Shown here: piece by piece, positions 46,114-54,255 of the stretch
Numbering within the stretch: position 1 is the first letter of the stretch
Layout of the letters: each line of letters opens with the position of its first letter
Assembly (NCBI GenBank): GCA_007118975.1
Contig: SKQO01000036.1
Span: 28,413 to 92,412, forward strand
Direction of reading: 5' to 3'
From: Halobacteriales archaeon
GTDB taxonomy: Archaea > Halobacteriota > Halobacteria > Halobacteriales > SKNY01
DNA: 64,000 nt
Made by a program: the position numbers and the translations under genes
The notes under the pieces: generated by a model
What the model saw: the letters and a program-made list of their open reading frames with translations, nothing else
What the model was told of the DNA's origin: nothing
Databases searched by the model: none

Positions 46114-47301
46114 ATGCCAGCACACAACGACTTCACCGTCACTCCGTACGAAGTCGAGGGTGACCTCGATTACGAGCGCTTGCTCGATCAGTTCGGAGCG
46201 GATCGTCTGACAACCGACCAGCTTGACAACTTCCCGAAACCCGTTCATCCCCTCGTGCGTCGTCGGATATTCTACGCCGAGCGGGACGTTGACGCGTTCC
46301 TTGATGCGGCCAACCACGGCGACCCGCATTCCGTCGTGACGGGGAGAGGCCCATCGGGTCCGATGCATATCGGCCACGTCTTCCCGTTTTACTTCGCCAA
46401 ATATCTCCAGGACAACTGCGGTACCATCGTACACATCCCGATTTCGGATGACGAGAAAAGCTTCGCCAAAGACCTGAGTTTAGCGGAGATTAGCCAAAGC
46501 ACTCGAGACAATCTCTTGGATCTACTCGCTGTCGGCTTCGATCCCGACCGAACGCGATTCGTGATTGACACTGCGGATGCCGATGTCGTCTATCCGATAG
46601 CATCGGCATTTGCCCGTGACCTCACTCAAGCGACGGTAAATGCCACCTACGGCGACCCGGATAACGTCGGGTTATCATTTTACCCGGCCGTCCAAGCAAC
46701 TCATCTGCTCCTTCCACAGTTGGTTGAGGACGCACATCCGACGCTCGTCCCCATCGCTGTCGATCAGGATCCACACGTCCGCATCTGTCGGGACCTCGCG
46801 GGGAAACGACGGTATCCGGTGAAGAAACCGGGCGCGTTGCTCTCGAAATTTTTGCCGAGTTTGGAAGGTCCCGGCAAGATGAGTTCCTCCGGCGACGTGC
46901 CGAACATTCTCCTCAGTGATGACCGTGCGACGATTCACGAGAAGATCCAGCAGTACGCGTATTCCGGTGGACAAACGAGTGTGGAAGAACATCGGGAGGT
47001 CGGTGGAGACCCCGAGGAGGATGTCTCGTATCTCTTCCTGTACTACTTTTTCGAGGAAAGCGACGAACGAGTCGAACGCCTCGCGGGGGAGTATCGTGAG
47101 GGCACCCTACTGAGCGGCGAACTCAAGAACATCGCGGCCGACGCGATCGCCGACTTCCTCGAAAACCACCAATATAGACGAAATCAACTGGCAGATGTCG
47201 AAGACGAGTTGCGTCCATATCGCCTCACTCCACATGAGCAGCGGACGGCGTTACGAGCGGCCGGATACCCAGATACGGCCATCGTGTTTAAGGATACGTA
47301 G
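46114..47301 (+). CDS. trpS: tryptophan--tRNA ligase (short archaeal/eukaryal-type form, 395 aa)
   Basis: VTPYEVEGDLDYERLLDQFGA (TrpRS-specific N-terminal segment), HIGH-type box GPMHIGHV, KMSKS-type box GKMSSSG. It uses visibly more A/T-ending codons (aaa, gat, tat, ttt, tta, caa) than surrounding genes. Confidence 0.85.
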   Translation: MPAHNDFTVTPYEVEGDLDYERLLDQFGADRLTTDQLDNFPKPVHPLVRRRIFYAERDVDAFLDAANHGDPHSVVTGRGPSGPMHIGHVFPFYFAKYLQDNCGTIVHIPISDDEKSFAKDLSLAEISQSTRDNLLDLLAVGFDPDRTRFVIDTADADVVYPIASAFARDLTQATVNATYGDPDNVGLSFYPAVQATHLLLPQLVEDAHPTLVPIAVDQDPHVRICRDLAGKRRYPVKKPGALLSKFLPSLEGPGKMSSSGDVPNILLSDDRATIHEKIQQYAYSGGQTSVEEHREVGGDPEEDVSYLFLYYFFEESDERVERLAGEYREGTLLSGELKNIAADAIADFLENHQYRRNQLADVEDELRPYRLTPHEQRTALRAAGYPDTAIVFKDT

Positions 47302-47406
47302 GACCGATATTTAAAGGATATTTTCTTTCCCTTGATGTGTCACGCAACACCGACATCCTCGAAGGATTACGTGTTTACCTGAATCGTTCAGACAGTGTTC
47401 TAATCT

Positions 47407-47604
47407 TCATATCGACTGGGTATGCTTACGAAGTATGTTTACAGGGGTCGAATCTAATTCCAGCAATTTCGCAAAGGTAACTCTATGAAAGCCATCAACC
47501 CAATGGTATTGCCCCGATCTATCTATTGCCACAAGTGGCTCTAATTTGTGGAAATACCGGTATTTGTTGTTTCGAACATCGATCGACGGCCCGATGAGAT
47601 CTTC
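47407..47604 (-). pseudogene. ParB-like nuclease domain fragment (5'-truncated or overlapping), AT-rich codon usage
   Basis: ..REDLIGPSIDVRNNKYRYFHKLEPLVAIDRSGQYHWVDGFHRVTFAKLLELDSTPVNILRKHTQSI* contains the ParB/Srx core (..DG.HR..A.KLL.....P..I). There is no internal start codon. The only in-frame start lies 150 nt inside the DUF1643 gene, in a junk-like basic frame. Confidence 0.4.
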
Positions 47605-47608
47605 CCGA

Positions 47609-48130
47609 CTACCGAGTGGACCCCTCGTCTCCTTCGTAGGCAAAGCTCGTCGGCGTCTTGCCCGCCGGTTGATACAGCGGATGGACGGGATGGCCGTCCT
47701 TGGTGGTGTCAAGGGCAAGAAGCGTCGTATCGAGTATGTCCGCCACCTCGGGACCACGATCGCCTAACCCGCCTCGATGACCCCACGCAGCCACTGTTTC
47801 CCCCGCTTGTGTGACGATCGCCCTGAGATGTTCTTCGTTCGCCGGTCCGACGGGTTCCGGATGCGAGGAGAGTGCCGCGGGATCGGGCGAGCGTAACGCG
47901 AATAGGTTGCCCACGAGCAACGCACCGAACCCCCACGCCTCCGCGTAGCCCCGGCATCGACGAATCGTCGGATCGCTTTCTACCGCATCGGCCGTGCTCG
48001 GGTTGAGCATCAGGAAGGCGACCGACGGGCCGTCGTCCCATCGCCGCCACAGCCGGTACCGATAGGTACGGCAGGGCGAAAACACCGCCCCGCTCGCCGG
48101 GTTCCCTTCGACGTCGGGCGGCTCACTCAC
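47609..48130 (-). CDS. DUF1643 domain-containing protein
   Basis: Hallmark ..SPCRTYRYRLWRRWDDGPSVAFLMLNPSTAD...DPTIRRCRGYA...G..LVGNLFALRS.... 173 aa. Confidence 0.75.
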   Translation of the reverse strand: MSEPPDVEGNPASGAVFSPCRTYRYRLWRRWDDGPSVAFLMLNPSTADAVESDPTIRRCRGYAEAWGFGALLVGNLFALRSPDPAALSSHPEPVGPANEEHLRAIVTQAGETVAAWGHRGGLGDRGPEVADILDTTLLALDTTKDGHPVHPLYQPAGKTPTSFAYEGDEGSTR

Positions 48131-48241
48131 AGCATTTCGTACCTGCTTGCCCCGGGAATGCCGCCACTATGGGATAAAGCATCGGGTTCGATTGACCCGC
48201 TCGACGCCGCTGGTGCCCACCTTCACTTTCGCGGTGCTTCC

Positions 48242-48478
48242 ATGGCGTGGCGTTTACAGGTGACAGAATCAAGCGATGATCCCGCAATGAATCGTGTCGA
48301 ACGGTGGCGGTTCCAGTGCCCGCACGGCCATACCAACTGGGAGGTGCACGAGAACGTCTTCACCTGCCGTGGATGCGCCCGCCACGATCGGCCACAGAGC
48401 ACCAAATATCTGGAAGATCGGAAAACCGGCGAACTCGTGACCCCGGCGGAGTTCAAGCGACTTGTCAACGACCCATAG
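48242..48478 (+). CDS. small zinc-finger protein (63-78 aa)
   Basis: ..MNRVERWRFQCPHGHTNWEVHENVFTCRGCARHDRP... has a C.H.H ... C..C ligand set. The start is ATG 48242 or ATG 48287. It is divergent from the DUF1643 gene. Confidence 0.5.
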   Translation: MAWRLQVTESSDDPAMNRVERWRFQCPHGHTNWEVHENVFTCRGCARHDRPQSTKYLEDRKTGELVTPAEFKRLVNDP

Positions 48479-48536
48479 TCGAGGCGTGTCACGGGACGCC
48501 AGCACGTACTTCTCTGTCGGATCGCCACTACATCGC

Positions 48537-48815
48537 ATGGACAATAGCGGTGCAGTACGTGTGTGGCTGGTCGAACGAACGTATTCGGACGACGAACAGA
48601 ACCTCATTATTCTGACGTATGCGACGACCGACGGGGAACAGTACTACCGAAAAGAGCGAGCCCTGACTGCTGTCGACGATCAGCGCAACACGACGGCTGC
48701 GGTGCGAGTGGATCCGCGAAACCTCGGCGCAGTCCAGGACGAGGAGGAACGAGCCGCGTACGCGAACGAGGCCCAGCGAATGGCGGACCGTCACGATCCT
48801 GACGACGAGATCTGA
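48537..48815 (+). CDS. small acidic hypothetical protein (92 aa)
   Basis: MDNSGAVRVWLVERTYSDDEQNLIILTYATTDGEQYYRKERALTA.... Haloarchaeal-type acidic composition. No motif recognised. Confidence 0.55.
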   Translation: MDNSGAVRVWLVERTYSDDEQNLIILTYATTDGEQYYRKERALTAVDDQRNTTAAVRVDPRNLGAVQDEEERAAYANEAQRMADRHDPDDEI

Positions 48816-48918
48816 GCGTCCACGCTGGAACACAGGACTCCCTGACGACCGAACGACGTTGACTTGTTCGGCCGCCAACGGGTGAAAACTAAACCGGCGC
48901 GGGCGGAATCGACATGCA

Positions 48919-49407
48919 ATGGAACTTTCCTCCGTGGCGGCGGTCGCCGAAAACCTCGTGATCGGTGACGACGGGGAAATCCCGTGGCCGAGCCTCCCGA
49001 CCGACCGCCGGCTGTACCGGGCGCGGGTGAGTGATGACCCGGTAATTCTCGGTCGACGCACGTTCGAATCGATGCGCGCGGACCTCCCGGGGCGGGTACA
49101 GATCGTCATGAGCAGAACCGAGCGTACGTTTGCGGAAGACTCGGCCTACTGGGCTCGATCCGTCGATGACGCCGTGGCACTGGCGGAAGCCACCGATGCC
49201 GACCGGGCGTTCGTTCTGGGTGGTGGCGCCGTGTACGAACTGTTCCAACCCCACCTCGATCGCATGTTCCTCACCCGCGTCCCGGGGCGATACCGCGGTG
49301 ATACGACCTATCCCCCGTGGGAGGAACGCGAGTGGCGGCTCGTCACGGAAACGGAATACGATCGGTTTCGCATCGAGGAGTGGGAACGGTGTTCGGGATC
49401 GACATGA
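48919..49407 (+). CDS. folA: dihydrofolate reductase
   Basis: [37 protein letters not shown]. 162 aa. Confidence 0.9.
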   Translation: MELSSVAAVAENLVIGDDGEIPWPSLPTDRRLYRARVSDDPVILGRRTFESMRADLPGRVQIVMSRTERTFAEDSAYWARSVDDAVALAEATDADRAFVLGGGAVYELFQPHLDRMFLTRVPGRYRGDTTYPPWEEREWRLVTETEYDRFRIEEWERCSGST

Positions 49408-49461
49408 CGGTGCGACTCGACCGGTAGCTTTGAGCGTGCCAGTTCACGTGATACGCCTAGC

Positions 49462-50325
49462 ATGGATCCTGAGCAACTCGCGGGCATCACGACGCCGGTG
49501 GTGACCCCCTTCGACGACGGCGAAATCGACTGGACTGGGTACGATTCGGTCCTCGAACACGTCTTGGCGGGCCCGGTCGACGCAGTGTTTGCCTGCGGAA
49601 CAACCGGCGAATTCACGAGCTTGACGACACGCGAACGCCGACGTCTGCTCGAACGAACGGTAGAACGAGTCCCGGCGACGACCCCGGTGATCGCCGGCGG
49701 AACGACGGCCGACGTGCCCACCTCTGTCGAGTGGATCGAGAACGCGGCGGACATCGGTGCCGATGCCGTGGTCGCCACGGCCCCGTATTTTCACAACTCG
49801 AACGGGCCTGACGGCCTGTACCACTTCTTTCGAGAGATCGCTGACGAAGCGACGATCCCGATCCTCCTGTACAATATTCCGAGCTGCGTGGGCGAGCCGA
49901 TTCCTGCGGACGTCGTCGGGGACCTTGCCGACCACGATGCGATCATCGGTCTCAAAGATTCCAGCGGGGATCTCGGCTACGGTTTCCGCGTCCAGGCACG
50001 GGCACCCGAGCTCCCGCTCCTGCAGGGATACGACGCGTTGTTGTTACCTTCCCTCCGCATGGGGTTTGCCGGTGGGGTGAACGCCCTGTCGAACGTCGTT
50101 CCCGGTGCGTATCGAGAACTCGTCGATGACCCATCGGCACCCAGCGCCGACCGGATCCACCGGGACACGATCCTGCCGCTGTTCGAACACTGTCGTCGTG
50201 ACGGCTTCGCGCCGGCGGCAAAGGCGGGCTTGGTCGCACGGGGGGTTATCGACGATCCAGCCGTCAGACCACCACTCGTCGCCACCGATCCGGGTCACAT
50301 GAATCTCGACGGTAAAACGGACTAA
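49462..50325 (+). CDS. dihydrodipicolinate synthase/N-acetylneuraminate lyase family aldolase (DapA-like; possibly a 2-keto-3-deoxy-sugar-acid aldolase)
   Basis: GTTGEFTSLT motif, YNIP, and Schiff-base Lys context IIGLKDSSG. Confidence 0.85.
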   Translation: MDPEQLAGITTPVVTPFDDGEIDWTGYDSVLEHVLAGPVDAVFACGTTGEFTSLTTRERRRLLERTVERVPATTPVIAGGTTADVPTSVEWIENAADIGADAVVATAPYFHNSNGPDGLYHFFREIADEATIPILLYNIPSCVGEPIPADVVGDLADHDAIIGLKDSSGDLGYGFRVQARAPELPLLQGYDALLLPSLRMGFAGGVNALSNVVPGAYRELVDDPSAPSADRIHRDTILPLFEHCRRDGFAPAAKAGLVARGVIDDPAVRPPLVATDPGHMNLDGKTD

Positions 50326-50389
50326 CGCACTGATAGAATACTGACAAATCCACGAGGATTTACGTCCCCCCTCGCCCTCGTGCCGGGGA

Positions 50390-51715
50390 ATGACAGCAGG
50401 GGAGCGACCGAACGTTCTCGTATACTTCACCGACCAGCAGCGATGGGACACAGTGGGCGCCTACGGCAGTCCGATGGACATCACCCCGCGGCTCGACGAG
50501 GCCGCGTCCTCCGGCACTGTGATCGAACACGCCATTTCCTCGCAACCGGTCTGTGCACCCACGCGCGGGTGTCTCCAGACCGGTCAACACGCCACGACCC
50601 ATGGCGTGATGCGTAACTCGGACGCGCTGACACAGTACGACCACTGTATCGCTCGCGTGTTCGCCGAAGCCGGCTACGAGACTGGCTACGTGGGCAAATG
50701 GCACCTCGCGAACCACGGGCTCGAGCCCGTGCCTGCGGACGAGCGCGCCGGCTACAACGACTTCTGGCGGGTGGCAGACGTCCTGGAGTTCAGCTCCCAC
50801 CCATACGAAGGGGTAGTCTACGACGGTGACGACGAGCCCGTGTCCTTCGAGGGCTACCGGGTTGATGCGCTCACCGACATGGCCATCGAGTTCATCGAAC
50901 GCGATCGCGAGGACCCGTTCTTCCTCGTACTCTCACACCTGGAGCCGCACCACCAGAACGACATGGAACGGTACGTCCCACCCGAGGGGTATGAGTACCG
51001 ACACCGCTCGCCGTGGGTCCCGCCCGACCTCCGGGATGTCCCGGGCGACTGGTACGAGGAACTCCCGGCATATTACGGCATTTGCGAGCGCCTGGACGAG
51101 TGTTACGGGCGATTGCTCGACGTGCTCGCGGCGGAAGGCGAACTCGAAAACACGATCGTGTTGTTCGTATCCGATCACGGCAGCCACTTTCGGACCCGGA
51201 ACCGCGAGTACAAACGGAGCTGTCACGAGTCCTCGGTTCGGGTCCCCGCGGTGCTACGGGGGCCAGGCTTCGAAGGCGGTAACCGGATCGAGGAGCCGGT
51301 CAGTCTCATCGACCTGCCACCGACGTTGCTCGACGCGGCAGGACTCGGCGCGCCGGACGAGATGGAAGGCCGGAGCGTGCGCCCGCTGCTAGGGGAACCT
51401 GGAGCGGACGACTGGAAGGATGACGTCTTCATTCAGCTGATTAGCGGCGCGGAGGTCGGACGGGCCCTCCGGACACCGCGATGGAAGTACGGGGTTCACG
51501 CACCCGAGGCGAGCCCGAACGACGACCCGCAACCCGACACCTACGAGGAGCGCTATCTCTACGATCTCCACCGGGATCCCTACGAACAGACGAACTTGAT
51601 CGCCCGGCACGCATACCGGGACCGGGCAGCGACATTACGAACGCGCTTGCGCGAGCGGATCGAAACCGTCGAAGCACAGGACGTCGAGATCACCCCACGT
51701 ACTGCCTATCCCTAG
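50390..51715 (+). CDS. sulfatase (Cys-type, arylsulfatase A family)
   Basis: NVLVYFTDQQRWD, formylglycine signature C-A-P-T-R (PVCAPTRGCLQTG), GKWHL. 441 aa. No signal peptide obvious. Confidence 0.9.
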   Translation: MTAGERPNVLVYFTDQQRWDTVGAYGSPMDITPRLDEAASSGTVIEHAISSQPVCAPTRGCLQTGQHATTHGVMRNSDALTQYDHCIARVFAEAGYETGYVGKWHLANHGLEPVPADERAGYNDFWRVADVLEFSSHPYEGVVYDGDDEPVSFEGYRVDALTDMAIEFIERDREDPFFLVLSHLEPHHQNDMERYVPPEGYEYRHRSPWVPPDLRDVPGDWYEELPAYYGICERLDECYGRLLDVLAAEGELENTIVLFVSDHGSHFRTRNREYKRSCHESSVRVPAVLRGPGFEGGNRIEEPVSLIDLPPTLLDAAGLGAPDEMEGRSVRPLLGEPGADDWKDDVFIQLISGAEVGRALRTPRWKYGVHAPEASPNDDPQPDTYEERYLYDLHRDPYEQTNLIARHAYRDRAATLRTRLRERIETVEAQDVEITPRTAYP

Positions 51716-52393
51716 TCACGAAAACGCATCGAGGCCTGTCTGCGGATCGTCCGTCGGTTCGATGATCGACGGATCGTCATTACTCGGCTGATTGACGGCG
51801 CGAGAGATCGTGTAGGCGTCGAGATCTTCCCCCTGATACGGGCGACAGAGCGCCTCACGTTGGGCTGGATCCCCACTGAGCCACCGATCTTCAGCATCGC
51901 GCGGCAAAATCACCGGCATCCGTTCGTGGATCGGCTCGACCAGCTCGTTTGCCTCCGTCGTGAGAATCGTCACCGTGTCTGGCTGCTCCCCGTTCGGTGC
52001 GAGTTCCCAGATGCCGGCGAACGCGAACGCCGGATCATCCGGTCGATAGATGCGGTACGGTTGCTTCGGACCGCGGGGACGTTCCTGCCACTCGTAGAAG
52101 CCGGAGCTCAGGACGAGACACGGTCGCGATACCCAGGCATCCGCAAACGATGGCTTCTCCGCGACGGTCTCCGATCGGGCGTTAATAAAGCCCCCTTGGT
52201 TCGCATCCATCCAGTGCGGTCGAAGTCCCCATTCGTGACCGACGATCCGATCCGGTGTTTCCCCGGTGACAACCGGCTGCCGATCGCCCGGCGCGATGTT
52301 GTACCGGGGGCGGTACGTTTCGAAGTGCATGGTGGCATCGAAGCGTGCTTCGAGATCACTTGCCGGTGGAAACAGGGAATTTCGTCCACACAT
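51716..52393 (-). CDS. SOS response-associated peptidase (SRAP/YedK family, abasic-site DNA-protein crosslink)
   Basis: N-terminal MCGR (catalytic Cys2), YNIAPG, INARSET, FYEW. Confidence 0.9.
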   Translation of the reverse strand: MCGRNSLFPPASDLEARFDATMHFETYRPRYNIAPGDRQPVVTGETPDRIVGHEWGLRPHWMDANQGGFINARSETVAEKPSFADAWVSRPCLVLSSGFYEWQERPRGPKQPYRIYRPDDPAFAFAGIWELAPNGEQPDTVTILTTEANELVEPIHERMPVILPRDAEDRWLSGDPAQREALCRPYQGEDLDAYTISRAVNQPSNDDPSIIEPTDDPQTGLDAFS

Positions 52394-52453
52394 CGGTTCA
52401 GAACGGCTGACAGTCGACAGTCTGACTCCCGTCCCGGAACCAGCAATCGTCGG

Positions 52454-53044
52454 TCATACCGACCGGCAGTCGGTGCAGACGAGCTGCCCATTGAAGTTCG
52501 ACAGATCCGACTTGAGCGTTCCACACAACTCACAGACACTCTGGGTCGAGAAGTCCTCGAGCTCCTCGTCCTCGAACTCTTGGTTCTCCACGTTGTCCAC
52601 CCCCCGGTCGGATTCGTCCCTTCCGGACTGGGTGGCCAGGAGCGACGTCACCGCCGTGAGGAGGTCATTCTCGGAGAGTACCCCCGCCAGCTCACCATCC
52701 TCAATGATAAACAGATGGTCAGTTGACACATCGGCCAGGATCGATGCCGCCTCCGCGAGATCGGCGTCCGAGGAGATCGTCGGTGGATTCGGCGTCATAC
52801 GGCGAGCGACCGGCGTGTCCCGGGGAACGTCTGGATCAAGGAGGGACGCGAGCAGCTGGCGGTCGTTGAGCATGCCCTGCGGGGTCGATCCCCGAACCAC
52901 AGCGATCACAGACGCCTCCTCGGTGACGAGAAGTTCCGCGACATCACGGAGCTGGTCCGACTCGCTCACCCCGAGGTACGCGCGTGTCATCACATCTCGG
53001 ACGGTGAGGTCATCACGCATACCTGCAAATTGCTCTGTGCGCAC
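52454..53044 (-). CDS. CBS domain pair protein with C-terminal zinc ribbon
   Basis: Two CBS modules (VRDVMTRAYLGV..., ARRMTPNPPTISSD...HLFIIEDGELAGVLSENDLL), an acidic linker, then C..C...C..C (CELCG...CTDC). An alternative start is the ATG at 53020. Confidence 0.8.
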   Translation of the reverse strand: MRTEQFAGMRDDLTVRDVMTRAYLGVSESDQLRDVAELLVTEEASVIAVVRGSTPQGMLNDRQLLASLLDPDVPRDTPVARRMTPNPPTISSDADLAEAASILADVSTDHLFIIEDGELAGVLSENDLLTAVTSLLATQSGRDESDRGVDNVENQEFEDEELEDFSTQSVCELCGTLKSDLSNFNGQLVCTDCRSV

Positions 53045-53094
53045 CTAAAAGGTACCTCCATCAGGCTTTTTGAGATGCGGTACAAACGTCCGAG

Positions 53095-53856
53095 TTACGC
53101 CGTTGGGCGGGCGAACTCCACGATGGATCCGTCCGATCGACACGTTTCGAGGGCGTGTTTGGCGGCCATCCCCGCCGGCTGGGCCCTGGGGGCACGGCCC
53201 ACGCCGACCTTGAGCTCGACGTCGACACTTCCCCGGACGTGGGCTATCGCATCTCGATAGGCGTTTTCGGTCAGTTCCGGACACGCAGCGATGATGTTGT
53301 CTCCGCCGACGAAGAACGACAGGCCGTCGTATTCGTGACGGAAGTATCGCATCAACGACGCGTACGCCTGTTCGATCTCGATGAACGTGTCGAATGCGTT
53401 AATTTCGTCCGTGTAGTCTTCGGTCACGTCGTTTACGTCGAAATGGGCGATATGCAGGCGATCGTCCGTGTCGGCAGTCTCCTCGATGCGCAGGATTTCA
53501 CGACGGTCGCGGTCTTGGGCACTGCCGGCCCGCTGGAGCTGAATGCTCGCCGTCTCCAGTGCGTCCACCGGGCTTTCCGCCGCAGCGGTGCTCAGGCTCA
53601 CCGTCACCGGATACCGATTGCGCACCGTTTCCTGGAGTCGCCGATGCGCGGCCCGATCCATGCCGTTCGTCACCGCCAGCATGTTGTCAAAACGGGTGAA
53701 GAAGATGTAGCAGTCGTAGTGACCCACGAACTGCGAGAGGTCGGCATACAACCGCGATTGGAGCGTCTGCAAATCCGTCTCCCGCCGTGGCGCGGGCGTT
53801 ACCGTCCACGGACCGTAGTTGTCGATCTGGACGAGCGTAAGCTGAATGCGTGACAC
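53095..53856 (-). CDS. gch3: GTP cyclohydrolase III (archaeal, FAPy-forming)
   Basis: MSRIQLTLVQIDNYGPWTVTPAPRRETDLQ...FFTRFDN..., as in the MJ0145-type enzyme. 253 aa. Confidence 0.9.
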   Translation of the reverse strand: MSRIQLTLVQIDNYGPWTVTPAPRRETDLQTLQSRLYADLSQFVGHYDCYIFFTRFDNMLAVTNGMDRAAHRRLQETVRNRYPVTVSLSTAAAESPVDALETASIQLQRAGSAQDRDRREILRIEETADTDDRLHIAHFDVNDVTEDYTDEINAFDTFIEIEQAYASLMRYFRHEYDGLSFFVGGDNIIAACPELTENAYRDAIAHVRGSVDVELKVGVGRAPRAQPAGMAAKHALETCRSDGSIVEFARPTA

Positions 53857-53902
53857 GTCGCGTTCGGGTTGGCTATCGTCTCGTATAAATCGTGCTTTCT
53901 GG

Positions 53903-54211
53903 CTATCCGGATGACGATGGCGTTAGCTCGTAGCTCCAATTTCCGGTCGCTCGCATCGCCCGACCGACGGCCCGGTGAAAGGACACGATATCCTCGACCT
54001 CATCCTCCTCGACCGCATCCAAGATCTCGGCTGCCGGCACAACCCGTTCGTGGTCGATCCTGATAGGATGGTGTCCGACTTCTTCAGCGAAGGTTTCGAT
54101 CGAAAGGGGAAAGTCCTCGTCCTCGTCGAGCTTTTTTGCCAGGATCGCATGTCCGTAGAGCCGCTTTCCCTCGCTGCCCGCCTCGCCGTCAGGACCGTGC
54201 GGCCATTCCAT
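53903..54211 (-). CDS. conserved haloarchaeal small protein (DUF5785-like)
   Basis: MEWPHGPDGEAGSEGKRLYGHAILAKKLDEDEDFPLSIETFAEEVGHHPIRIDHERVV.... The ATG at 54211 is preferred over the ATG at 54259, which would overlap the acyl-CoA dehydrogenase stop. Confidence 0.65.
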   Translation of the reverse strand: MEWPHGPDGEAGSEGKRLYGHAILAKKLDEDEDFPLSIETFAEEVGHHPIRIDHERVVPAAEILDAVEEDEVEDIVSFHRAVGRAMRATGNWSYELTPSSSG

Positions 54212-54255
54212 ATCCGGACTCTTCGACTGGCGCCCATAGCCGTTTCGACCCCGGC

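Noticed and set aside
47609-47757. Full 116-aa ORF 47407-47757 as a genuine ParB-like gene overlapping DUF1643
   Set aside because: The first ~50 residues (MVPRWRTYSIRRFLPLTPPRTAIPSIRCINRRARRRR...) are basic junk in an alternative frame of the DUF1643 C-terminus. Only the AT-rich distal part looks like real protein, so I report a fragment.
44849-48900. Direct repeat of the tRNA-Thr 3' end (attR) delimiting the islet
   Set aside because: Not found by eye. The only other GGTTCAAATCCC match is the T-loop of tRNA-Glu at 59.5 kb. The outer boundary of the islet is therefore left undefined rather than asserted.
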